Of a DNA stretch of 64,000 nt, positions 43,636 through 53,860 are shown piece after piece. Numbering within the stretch: position 1 is the stretch's first letter; the number at the start of each line of letters is the position of its first letter. A program made the translations under genes and the position numbers. The notes beneath the pieces are model-generated. The model saw only the letters and a list, made by a program, of their open reading frames with translations, made no database searches and was not told the origin of the DNA. Location: the NCBI GenBank assembly GCA_963823665.1, contig CAWGMQ010000007.1:672001-736000 (forward strand), in the 5' to 3' direction. The stretch is from an uncultured Planctomycetota bacterium. Its GTDB lineage: Bacteria > Planctomycetota > Planctomycetia > Isosphaerales > Isosphaeraceae.

Positions 43636-45492
43636 ATGTTTGCACCTTTGTATCGTCGGTCGACAACGGGCTCTCCGACTCGGTCGCGGCGCCCTGGATC
43701 AAAACCCATCCGTTCGCGGCGCTCGGTCCTGCCGCGATTGGAAGTCATGGAGGACCGCAAGCTGCTCAGCACATTCGTGGTGAGCAGCTTGGGTGACAGC
43801 GGCCCCCACTCGCTGCGGGCGGGCATCCAGTCCGGCGATGCGACCATCGCATTCGCGCCTGGGCTGCGCGGGACAATCACGCTGAACAGCGAACTGCAGA
43901 TCAACCAGAGCGTGACCATCGACGGCCCCGGGGCAAACGAGCTGTCTGTGAGCGGCAACAACTCGGGCCGCGTTTTCGAGATCGAGGCGGGCCAGGTGTC
44001 CATCTCCGGCCTGACGATCACCGACGGTCAGGAAGTCGCCGCCAACGGGGGCGGAATTCTCGTCGACGCGGGCGCTACCCTGAATCTTGCTCAGGTCGTC
44101 GTGGCCGGCAACAGTGCGCACGCCGACTCCGCGGGCAATTACGGCAACGGCGGCGGCGTCGAGAATGACGGCAGCCTCACCGTCACGGAATCCCTGTTCA
44201 CGCACAACGTGGCCTCCGGCGGCGAATACGCCGCTCCCATCACCGGCCCCATCACGGAGGGTTCCGCCGGCGGAGCCATCGATAGCCAGGGGCCTTCGCT
44301 GACCGTGAACGACAGTGAATTCGCCGGTAATGAAGCGGTCGGCCCCTCGACGGGGACTGGTGAAGGCAATGGCGGCGCCATCAACAGCAGTTCCGCCGCG
44401 ACCATTACCTACGCCACGTTCAATGGCGACGAGGCGCTCGGCAGGACCACCAACGGCGGCGCCCTGAGCACGGGCGAGAACGAAACCTTCGCCGCGCCAT
44501 CGCTTGCCATCAGCAACTGCACGTTCACCGGCAACGAGGCTGTCGGGGCGAGCGGAGCCAACAACTCCGCCGCGCTGTTCGGTGGTGAGGCTTTAGGCGG
44601 CGCCGTCGCCAATGCCGGCCCGCTGACCATCGCGAGCAGCACGTTTACCGACAACACGGCCGAGGGCGGCGACCAGGGCGAAAACGTCGGCGGCCTTGAC
44701 CCCAACCCGGTCCTTGGCGAGGCATGGGGCGGCGGCCTGGTCAACTTTGCCAGCGTGCTTTCGATAACCAACACGGTCTTTAGCGGCAACCAGGCCATCG
44801 GCGGCAACTCCGCCACCGGCCCCGGAGCTCCGGCCGCGGGCGGCGGCCTCGCCGCGGAGATCTTTGCGGATACGACCCTCACCGGGGTTAGCTTCTTCGG
44901 CAACCAGGCGATCGGCGGCAGCGGCGGCGGCAGCAGCCCCGGATATCCCGGCACGGGCGGCAGCGGGTTCGGCGGCGGCTTCTACAATGGCGTTGACTCA
45001 AGCGCCACAGTCTCGGATGCCCTCTTCAGTGGTAACCTGGCCAAGGGTGGTTCCGGCGGATCGGGGGCCGCGGGCGGTGTCGGCGCGGGTGGCGCGATCG
45101 CCAATGGAGGCGGCACCGGCGCATTCGAGGTGGTTTTCTTGGGTCTCGGTACGGACACGTCGAGCGTCTCCCTCGCCGCCAGTACGCTGGTCTTCAACAC
45201 GGCCCAGGGGGGCGCGGGTGGCTCCGATAGCGACGGCGGCGACGGCTCCGGTGGCGGCCTCTACGTGCTCGGCACCACCACCGCGTCGGTCGATGCCGCG
45301 CTCATCACGTTCGACGCGGCGATCGGCGGCGCCTCCGGCGCGGGCTCAGGCGGCTCGAGCGGCCAGGGCTCAGGCGGCGGCCTCTACATCGACACAGGTG
45401 CCGGCGTTGTGCTCAGCAAGTCGAGCAAGGTCCGTTTCAACTTTGCGTCGACGAGCGCTGACGACATCTTCGGCGGCTACACGACAAGCTGA
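43636..45492 (+). CDS. Secreted Gly-rich beta-helix protein, 618 aa, paralog of 36251..38104
   Basis: Same leader and collinear sequence. Confidence 0.85.
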   Translation: MFAPLYRRSTTGSPTRSRRPGSKPIRSRRSVLPRLEVMEDRKLLSTFVVSSLGDSGPHSLRAGIQSGDATIAFAPGLRGTITLNSELQINQSVTIDGPGANELSVSGNNSGRVFEIEAGQVSISGLTITDGQEVAANGGGILVDAGATLNLAQVVVAGNSAHADSAGNYGNGGGVENDGSLTVTESLFTHNVASGGEYAAPITGPITEGSAGGAIDSQGPSLTVNDSEFAGNEAVGPSTGTGEGNGGAINSSSAATITYATFNGDEALGRTTNGGALSTGENETFAAPSLAISNCTFTGNEAVGASGANNSAALFGGEALGGAVANAGPLTIASSTFTDNTAEGGDQGENVGGLDPNPVLGEAWGGGLVNFASVLSITNTVFSGNQAIGGNSATGPGAPAAGGGLAAEIFADTTLTGVSFFGNQAIGGSGGGSSPGYPGTGGSGFGGGFYNGVDSSATVSDALFSGNLAKGGSGGSGAAGGVGAGGAIANGGGTGAFEVVFLGLGTDTSSVSLAASTLVFNTAQGGAGGSDSDGGDGSGGGLYVLGTTTASVDAALITFDAAIGGASGAGSGGSSGQGSGGGLYIDTGAGVVLSKSSKVRFNFASTSADDIFGGYTTS

Positions 45493-45540
45493 GTACCACG
45501 CTTCTTGACAACCCGCCGCGTGCCGTGACACGGGAAACGA

Positions 45541-45570
45541 AAGCGGCCGGCGTGCCCACGCCGGCCGCTT
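45541..45570. terminator. Probable bidirectional terminator between convergent genes
   Basis: Perfect palindrome aagcggccggcgtg-cc-cacgccggccgctt. Confidence 0.65.
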
Positions 45571-45623
45571 AAAACGCCCCGATCCTTGCATCGGATCGAG
45601 ACAGCCTCATCGGACAAAAGTGC

Positions 45624-47361
45624 TCAATCCTTCTTGCTTTCATCACCCCCCAGCGTCAATCTCTTGTTCACGGCCTTTTCTCCAGCCTGGGTCTCCGACA
45701 CCAGCTTCCCAAGCATCGTCTGCTCAAACCCCTTGAGGTCCGTCCAGAGCGTGCCCGGCCCCGCGTAAAAGATCCCGACTCGCAGGTCCTGCGGCAGTCC
45801 CTCGGCGAAAATATAGCGTTCATAAGAGCTCGGGCCGCCGATCGCCTTTACCAGAAGCTGCACGCGCTCGGCCTTTGCCTCTTTCGCCAGCTTGGTCGAC
45901 TCCGCTTTCGCCTCTCCCAGCGTTCGGGTTGCCTGCGCCTCGATCGCCGCGGTCTTGGCGTCGATCTCTGCCCGGAGCTTCTCGGTCATCGCCTCGATTT
46001 CCTTGGCTTTCTTCTCTCCTTCCGCTTCAACCTGGGCCACCATCTTCTCGGTCTCGGCCATTGTCCGCTTCTCCTCGAACACCACCTTGGCCTTCGACTC
46101 CGTCAGATCCGCCTGGGCCTTTGCGGTAAGCTGCTCCTGCTCGCGCGTCTTGGTCAGCTCGTCGGCGATCTTGGCCTTTTGGATCGGCTCGCGAACCGCC
46201 TTCGGCACATAAATGTGCCGCGTCAGACCAAACAGGAGCGACAGGTTCTTGGCCGTCAAGACCCGTTCGAGCTCGGCCGCCGTCGAGTTCTGAAATTGCT
46301 CGCGCGTGTCGCCCACCAGAAGATCGACCGCGCCTCGACGTGACCCGTGCATCCGGCAGATCGACTCGATCTGCGGCAAAATCACCTTGTGCTCCACGTC
46401 CTTGAGCGTGCCGAACTGCCGCAGCACGTTGGGCGCCTGCTCGGGAAGAATCCCCCAGATCGCCGTGTAGTCGAGGTGAATTGGAAACCCGTCGCTGGAG
46501 GGAAACTCGATGCCCTTGCCGGCCACGTATTTCGGATCGTCCGCCGTCGAGGTCCCCAGCCGGTCTGTGTTCATCGCGCGCGCCGGATCGGATGCCGCCT
46601 TACCCGAGGCAGGCGCCTTGACCTGCTCGGTGTCCCGCGCTTCCACCGTGAGGCTCGTCTCGGAATAGCCGATGCTCACGATGTCGATCCGCTTCTCCTC
46701 CGGATTCAGAAAGTAGATGCCGGGTTGAAGGATCTGTTCCTGAATGCCGCGCTCGACACCCGTCGCCGGATCGCTCGCCTTGTTCGTCACCACGCCAACA
46801 TAGCCGGGCGGAATGAGCGTGGGATCGTCGGCCTTGTGCTCCACCCGCGTGCTCGCCTCCGCGCAGGCATCCGCATCCACAATCTTGACTTCATACGCAT
46901 AAGAATTGATCCGGTAGCGGCCCGGCGTGAGCACCTTGCGGAGGATCCCCCGATATCCCCTCTCGTCCACCAGGTATGTACCCTCAGGAAGCGGCTTGCC
47001 GATCTTCGAAACCACCACGCCCAGCTTACCCGGTTTGATGACCTTGTCCGCGATGATGTCGGTTTCGTATTCCAGCGGAGAGTAAAAATGCCGTCCGGGC
47101 CCGGGCATGTCCTCGAGAATGCCAACCTGGACCGGGCGTCCGGCCGCGGCCGTTTTCACCAGCGTTCCCTCTGGCGCCTGAGTGCTCGCGCCAAACGGCC
47201 AGGGGCCCCTTGTAGCGCACGAGCAGGCTCGACCCCGCAGGAACCTCGATGCGGCAGATCATCCATTGCCAGACCCCGAAATAACCAAAGAGCACCAGGC
47301 AAACGAGCGCGAGCGCGGCCTTGGCCGCAGTTCCCACCGCCGAAAATCGAAACGTATTCAT
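45624..47361 (-). CDS. SPFH/band-7 domain membrane protein with coiled-coil tail (second gene); frameshift near 47190
   Basis: ORF 47026..47361 gives TM N-terminus; 45624..47159 gives PGRY/PGIYFLNP, IEFPSSDGFPI and Ala/Glu/Lys-rich tail. Confidence 0.75.
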
Positions 47362-49067
47362 GGCTTGCTCTCCTTCGCGGCGACGGCCTTTGTTTCGGAA
47401 GGCTCTGGCCTGCCTGGCTTACGATGCCCGCCATCGGTGTCACGGCTGCCGGAATTGCGCCTGTCGCGTCCACGGGCTCGCCCGCCTTTTTCTGGGTCAA
47501 CGAGCGCGGTGTTTCTGTTCGCCCGGGTGAACTGGCTGAAAAGCTCCATGAGCGGGCCCTCCGAATTGCCCAGAATGGTGCGGAACGACGGAGCGATCTT
47601 GGCCAGAAGCATGTTTCGGGCCATGGCCGCGCCGTCGCCGTCAAACGCCGCTGACCTGCGCCTTGAGCCCCGCCGCCTCCGCCGCGTTGTCAAACTTGAC
47701 CACGTCGGCATCAGCCTGCGCCTTGGCCAGCACCGCCGAGGCTTTGTCTTTCGCGCCTCGAGCTGAGTCTGGGCAACGGTGAGCTTCTGCTCGGCCAGCG
47801 TCACGGCGACTTTCTGTTTCTCTTCGGACTTGGTGGTCTTCTCGACCACCTCCTGTTCGGCCTCGACCACCCGCTTCTTCTGCTCGGCCAGCACGACCTC
47901 GACTTTCAATTTCGCTTCCGAGAGCTGCTGGATCTTCTCGCGCTTGAACTGCGCCAGCTTCTGCTTGGCGACCTCGCGCTGCTGCACGGGCTGCGCGATG
48001 TCCTCCGGCGGCTGGATCGACGTGATCGCCACGGCAAGGATCTCGATGCCCTGCTTCTGGCAGTTCTCGGTGAGGCTCTTGACCAGGTCGGTCTGGAACT
48101 TCTCGCGGTCCTCGCCGCTGATGAACTGCCCGCCGGAAAGCTTCGACCCGCCGATCCGGCACAGCGACCGGCTCTCCGGTGTGATGATCTTGTTGATGAT
48201 CTCCTCATCGATCGCATCGCCGTTGGCCGTCTCGTTGTACTTGACGAACATCTCGGCGACCTTCTCGGGCAGGACCCGAAATTCGACCACGCCGTCCAGC
48301 GTGATCGGGAACCCGTCGGCCGACAGGAAGTTCATCTCGGCGTCCTGTCCCAGGTTGAACCGGCGCGACCGGCAGTCGACCTGGCTCACCCGCGTCTCAT
48401 ACGGATTCAGGTAATATGTGCCCGGCTCGAGCGTCGTGCGCTGCACTCCGCGCTCGCCGTCTTCGACCAGGAACACGTTCGGTTTCGTCGAAAGCGGCCC
48501 GGCAAGCCGCGTCACGACGCCGCGCAGCCCGGCGGGAATGGTCACGGGATCGTGCAGCTCGATCAGCTCGGCATACGGGTTATAAGGATATCTTCCCGGT
48601 TTGAGCACCTCACGCAAGATTCCCTTCTGCCCCGGCTCTGCCAGAATCTGCGCCCGGCGGCAGGTCTTCGCCGGCGAGCGATACGCGGATGCCGATCTTG
48701 TCGGCCGGCACCACGAACTGAGGCATGATCTCCCATGACCAGAGGTAAGGGTTGTAGAAATACCGCCCCTCGGTCAAAACGCCATTGTTCGGCCCGCCGG
48801 TCTGAACACCCTTATAGTAGTATTTGCCGTCTTTCGGGGGCGGGGCCAGTTCCATGTCGGGCTCGAGCTCGAGCCCCTCACGGCGAATGAGCACAGCCTG
48901 CTCTCCGGTGCCCACTTCGATCTTGCAGACGTTGTACCCGGCCATCACAAGCCCAAGGCACACGAGAACAAACCCCAGCCAAACGCCGCTCTGCCCCACG
49001 CCCACCGCCGTGGTGGCGGCGGCGGTCGCCGGGTTCGTAACCAACGTTCATCGTCGTTCGCGTCCAT
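47358..49067 (-). CDS. SPFH/band-7 domain membrane protein (first gene); several frameshifts
   Basis: ATG 49067 (MDANDDERW) after GGGGG; TM segment, EGRYFYNPY, PGTYYLNPYE, FLSADGFPITLDG; stop overlaps next start; breaks near 48975, 48630, 47750, 47650. Confidence 0.72.
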
Positions 49068-49261
49068 CAGTTAACCCCCGAAGTAAGCGTAGGCTCGAAA
49101 GTTGCCGTCTCTTTTCGCTGTTTCTCGACAGTCCGTTCGTCACAGTCCGAGGTTTATTCGGAACGATCCAGAGCGAGTGGGATTGATGTTGTGCGCGATC
49201 GCAAAGCGCGCGAAGCATGTGACCACGCACGTAAGATCGGTCCCCGCGGGCCGATGAAGGC

Positions 49262-50182
49262 TCAATCCTGCACAAGCGGTGCGCCTTTCGGCAGGATGAA
49301 CGGCAGCCGTCGTGGCAACACCCGAAAATCAAACGACGACGCGACGATCGGCTCGCCATCGAGGTTCATCGGCATCGGCTCGTCGGCTTCGATTCGAAAC
49401 GATTCGAGCTGCCGGTAAACCGCGAAGCGGTTTTCATCGGCGCCCAGGTTGAAAAGCTCGCTGATCAACACGCCGAATTCGAACATTTCGAAGTCGACGA
49501 TCATCATCAGGTCGAGCAGCCCGTCGTTCAGAAGGGCTCTAGGAGTCACCTGGAAGCCGCCTCCGGCGCAGCGGCCGTTGCCGACGGCCATCGCGATGAT
49601 CGCCCCGTGATGCTCGGTTTCCGGCGTGACGAACTTGCCGCGATAGGGCAAGAAGCTCGGCGCGTGCACCAACCCCATGAGCGAATAGGCCGCACCTCCC
49701 AGAATCTCTTTCAATCCGGGCGGAGTCTCGGCCGTGACGCGTGCTCCAAACCCGCCACTGGCCACGTTGATGAAGGTACGATCGTTCACCTTCCCCACGT
49801 CGATCGGCGTGGCCTCACCTGCGGCCGCGAGCTCGAGCGCGGCCAGCGGGTCGCCGATCGGTATCCCGCACCCCGCAGCGAAATCGTTGGCCGTGCCGAA
49901 GGGAACCACCGCAACCGCGGTTGTGCATGAATCCGGCGCGGTCAAGAGCCCGCTCACCACCTCGCTCACTGTCCCATCACCGCCAGCGGCCACCAAGACA
50001 TCCACGCCGTCCTCCGCCCCTTGCGCAGCCAGCCGCGCGGCATCCCCAGCCTGCGCGGTCACGCGCAGCTCGAGCGAAAAGCCGCGGTCGCGCATGGCCG
50101 CGACGGCGGCGCGTAGATCAGGAGCGCCCGCTGCCTTGCCGTTCACCACAAGCAGCAGTGTACGGTTCTTTCCCGAAGCCAT
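49262..50182 (-). CDS. yegS: YegS/diacylglycerol-kinase-family lipid kinase, 306 aa
   Basis: NGKAA, AGGDGTVSEV, PFGTANDFA, NGRCAGGG, NLDGE. Confidence 0.88.
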   Translation of the reverse strand: MASGKNRTLLLVVNGKAAGAPDLRAAVAAMRDRGFSLELRVTAQAGDAARLAAQGAEDGVDVLVAAGGDGTVSEVVSGLLTAPDSCTTAVAVVPFGTANDFAAGCGIPIGDPLAALELAAAGEATPIDVGKVNDRTFINVASGGFGARVTAETPPGLKEILGGAAYSLMGLVHAPSFLPYRGKFVTPETEHHGAIIAMAVGNGRCAGGGFQVTPRALLNDGLLDLMMIVDFEMFEFGVLISELFNLGADENRFAVYRQLESFRIEADEPMPMNLDGEPIVASSFDFRVLPRRLPFILPKGAPLVQD

Positions 50183-50233
50183 TCGTCGAGCACCCGTAGA
50201 TCGTTCCAGAATGGCACGATTTGGCGTTAAAGA

Positions 50234-50521
50234 CTAGTTGAGCCTCTCATCCACCTGCCGCTGAAGCGCGTCGACCCAGGGAATGAGCGCCCCCAACTGT
50301 CGTTCGTGGATCTTGCGACGCAACCGCGCTACCTGATCACTCAGCTCGCGCAGCTCAACCCGGATGTCTTCCGGACACCCCGGCGAGACTTTGCGGCCTT
50401 TCAGCAGGGAATGCGCGCTGTGGGCCAGCTCGCGGACTTTCGTGCTAAGATTGGGAGCACTCGACCACGAGAGGTCCTGAGCCACAAAGTCGCTTGAGCT
50501 TTGAGGTTGTGAATTTGCCAT
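50234..50521 (-). CDS. Hypothetical helical protein, ~95 aa
   Basis: GGAG RBS before ATG 50521; fills gap between same-strand genes; no motif recognised. Confidence 0.55.
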   Translation of the reverse strand: MANSQPQSSSDFVAQDLSWSSAPNLSTKVRELAHSAHSLLKGRKVSPGCPEDIRVELRELSDQVARLRRKIHERQLGALIPWVDALQRQVDERLN

Positions 50522-50745
50522 CGATACTTCTCCGGCGGCCCTGTCCTGTGAGCTTGGCGCGGGCACTGAGCGAGCCAACGATCGCCCTCACTCTACTCAT
50601 ACGTACGTCGCCCCAAATCTTGTCAAAATAATTTGAGTCGGAAGTCGACTCAGTAGGTCCCCACGCCGGCGAAAACCAGGGGACGCGCGACGACGCAAAG
50701 CCCCCATTTTGTACTTTCACGCCGCTCGGGTGGGAACGCGGTTCC

Positions 50746-51579
50746 TCAGCCCACCGTCGACCACGCCCCGGTGACGGGTACAAACGTCACCTGCGCGTTG
50801 GCCGCGGAAGCCTCCCGTTCCAACCGTTCCGCAAGCGTTTCCACCTGAACCTCCTCCGCGGTTGCCACGCCGAACTTCTCCATCCGCGGCAGCATGCTGC
50901 GAACGATCTCCGCGCTGTTCTCGCAGGAGGGTCGTGCGTCGGGCCCTCCGGCCACGGTCACGTGCTGCAAGAGCATCGGTCCCGGCAGTCCGGCCTGCCG
51001 AAAGAGGTGATAAAGCTTGCCGCCGATGTCGTGATGCACGCCGCCGCGACGGAATGTTTCGCGCATCCAGTGCGAGACCTTCTCGTAGAGTTGAACCGTC
51101 GGCCAGGCAGTGATGCCCGGCCCGAAATCGGGCTCTTGTACGACAACCAATCCTCCCTGCCGCACTGCGCGAGCGACACTCGCGAGCGTAGCGACCGGAT
51201 CGGCCTGATACATGAGCACAAATCGGCTCACGACCGCATCATACGGCTCGGTCGGCGTGACGTGGTCAATCTCGCTCTCCTCGAAAGTGACGTTGGTCAA
51301 ACCATTTTCCTTGGCCCGCCGTCGCGCCAGAGCGAGCACACCCGGATCGCGGTCCACGCCGACAACCGATCCCGTCGCGCCCACGAGTTCGGCCGCCAGG
51401 AAGCTCACATCGCCGGCCCCGCAGCCGATGTCGAGAACGCGCATGCCAGGGGCAATGCCGGCCTTCCGGAAGATGCGCTCCGTCGACTGCCTGACAAGCA
51501 ACGACTGCTTCACAAGTCTTTGAGCTTCCTGTTCTGACCGGCCCAGAACGTATTCCGGTGGGGCGGGTTGCATGGCCAT
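50746..51579 (-). CDS. Class I SAM-dependent methyltransferase
   Basis: YVLGRS..E..RL; GMRVLDIGCGAGDV; YDAVVSRFVLMY. Confidence 0.9.
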   Translation of the reverse strand: MAMQPAPPEYVLGRSEQEAQRLVKQSLLVRQSTERIFRKAGIAPGMRVLDIGCGAGDVSFLAAELVGATGSVVGVDRDPGVLALARRRAKENGLTNVTFEESEIDHVTPTEPYDAVVSRFVLMYQADPVATLASVARAVRQGGLVVVQEPDFGPGITAWPTVQLYEKVSHWMRETFRRGGVHHDIGGKLYHLFRQAGLPGPMLLQHVTVAGGPDARPSCENSAEIVRSMLPRMEKFGVATAEEVQVETLAERLEREASAANAQVTFVPVTGAWSTVG

Positions 51580-51758
51580 TGCTCTTCTCCGGAATCCAGC
51601 CAAGCGTGTACTGGCACAAGTGGATCAGTCTACCACGAGTGGACCCGGTCTTCCGATGCATCCGGCGCGAGATCGAATCGACGCAACGACTCCGGGTACG
51701 CTCTGGCCGTCGTGCGGCCGACCCTGATATCCTCGTGAAAACCCCCTGGAGCCCAATC

Positions 51759-53708
51759 ATGTGCGGTATCGCATCCTTTGCTCTCGCCGTGTCAATCGCC
51801 ACTGTCGGCCAGGTCGACTGGTTTCAATCCTTTCCCGCGCATCGCGTTGTCGGCAACGTCTACTATGTCGGCTCGAAGGATCTGGCCAGCTACCTGATCA
51901 CCACTCCCGAAGGCCACATCCTGATCAACAGCGGCTTCGAGCGCACCGTCCCGTTGATCCGCGATTCCGTCGAATCGCTCGGCTTCAAGATGACCGACAT
52001 CAAGATCCTGCTCGCCAGCCACGCCCACTCCGACCACGTCGCCGGCCACGCCCTGATGCAGAATCAGACGGGAGCCAAGGTCTACGTGATGCGCGGTGAC
52101 GACGGCGTAATTGCCTCGGGAGGCGAAGGCCAGTACTTCTATACGATCAACCGCTGGAAACCCTGCAAGGTCGACCGCGTTCTCGAAGACGGCGAGGAGG
52201 TCAAGCTCGGCGGCGTCACATTGGTCGCGCGCCTGCACCCCCGGTCACACCCGAGGCTGCACGACCTGGACCTGGCGAACCGCGAGCGGCGGCAAGGACT
52301 ACGACGTCGTGGTGATTGGCAGTCCCAACGTCAACCCGGGCTACAAGCTCGTGGACAACAAATGGTATCTCGAGATCGCCGGCGACTTCGCCACGACGTT
52401 CGAGGTACTCAAGAAACTCCCCTGCGACGTCTTCCTGGGAGCACACGGAGGCTACTACGGCATGATCGAGAAATTTGAGCGCGCCAGGAAGGACGCGAAC
52501 GCAAACCCATTCGTTGACCCCAAAGGATACCGCGCGTTCGTCGCGCAGAAGGAGAAAGCGTTCCGCGACACGCTGGCCACGCAGCAATCCCCCGGTCGCG
52601 ACCACCCCGCGGCGTTGTCCGCGATCGGCGAGCGTCTACGCCCCTTCATCGACGACCACGAGATCGCAGGCGCCACCACGCTCGTCGCCACCCGCGATGG
52701 AATCGTCGACCTCGACGCAATCGGCAAGGCCGAGCATCGCACACGACAGGCCGATGCAGACTGACTCGATCTTCTGGATCGCGTCGATGACCAAGCCCAT
52801 CACCGCCACGGCCGTGCTGATGCTGCAGGACGAAGGCAAGCTCTCGGTCGACGATCCGGTCGAAAAGTACATTGCCCGAATTCAAGGACCTGAAGACCGC
52901 CGATGGCAAGCCGGCGCGGCTGACCATCCGCCACCTGCTCACCCACACCTCAGGCATGGGTGAAGTCACACCCGAACAGGCCCGCGAGATCACGAATCTG
53001 GCCGGCTTGATCCCGCTCCATGTCGCCAAGCCGGTCGCCTTCGAGCCGGGCACGAAGTGGGTCTACTGCCAGTCGGGAATCAACACGGCGGCACGGATTG
53101 TCGAGGTCGTCTCGGGCCAGCCGTTCGAGAAGTTCCTCGAGCAACGGCTCTTCGTTCCGCTCGGCATGAAGGACACGACCTTCTACCTCACCGACGCGCA
53201 GCTTCCCAGGCTCGCCACATCCTATCGCCGCACGCGTCAAGGAGCGCTCGAGGAGACGCAGAATTTCATCCTGTACGGCAAGTCGCCCACCAGCCGCGAC
53301 CGCTTCCCGGCGGCAAACGGCGGACTCTTCTCGACCGCGCAGGATTACTGCCGTTTCTGTCAGATGTTCATCAACGACGGCTCACTTGACGGTAAACAGT
53401 ACTTGAAGCCCGAAACGGTCAAGCTGATGACCAGAATTCACACCGGCGCGATCAAGACCGGCTTCACCGACGGCAACGGCTGGGGCCTCGGCTTTTGCGT
53501 CGTCCGCGACCCGCAGGGAATCACCTCGATGCTGGCTCCCGGCTCCTTCGGCCACGGCGGGGCCTACGGCACACAGGCGTGGATCGACCCGGAAAAGAAG
53601 CGAATCTTTATCCTGCTGGTTCAGCGCGCCGACTTCCCCAACTCCGACGCCTCCGAAGTCCGCCGCGCCTTCCAGCAAGCCGCCGCCTCCGCCCTGACAC
53701 CCAAGTAG
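51759..53708 (+). CDS. Subclass B3 metallo-beta-lactamase-like domain fused to class C beta-lactamase-like serine hydrolase (~648 aa once 3 frameshifts are corrected)
   Basis: Signal-like N-terminus; GNVYYVG, HAHSDH, PGHTRG, GAH; then without stop IFWIASMTK (SxxK), LLTHTSG, WVYC, FGHGG; +1 insertions near 52236, 52735, 52874. Confidence 0.78.
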
Positions 53709-53754
53709 GTCAGTCTTCAGCCTGACGACTGCGTAGGTCAGGCTTCAGCCTGAC
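53705..53754 (+). repeat. Two GTAG-type REP-like palindromes in direct orientation
   Basis: gtaggtcagtcttcagcctgac (53705) and gtaggtcaggcttcagcctgac (53733); further hairpin gccccc-gaaa-gggggc at 53791. Confidence 0.7.
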
Positions 53755-53860
53755 GTTGAGATTGGGCGAGAATCCCGCGAATATCTTCAAGCCCCCGAAA
53801 GGGGGCGGCATCCTGGAGTCCGGTGGCGCAAGCCCCGGGCGTGGCCATACGGACCCGTCG

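Noticed and set aside
423..45492. Classical autotransporters or RTX proteins
   Set aside because: No C-terminal beta-barrel or GGxGxDxL nonapeptide arrays recognised
50665..50705. GEMM-like words ggcgaaaacc...gacgcaaag
   Set aside because: No GAAA-capped stem and wrong strand for the flanking genes
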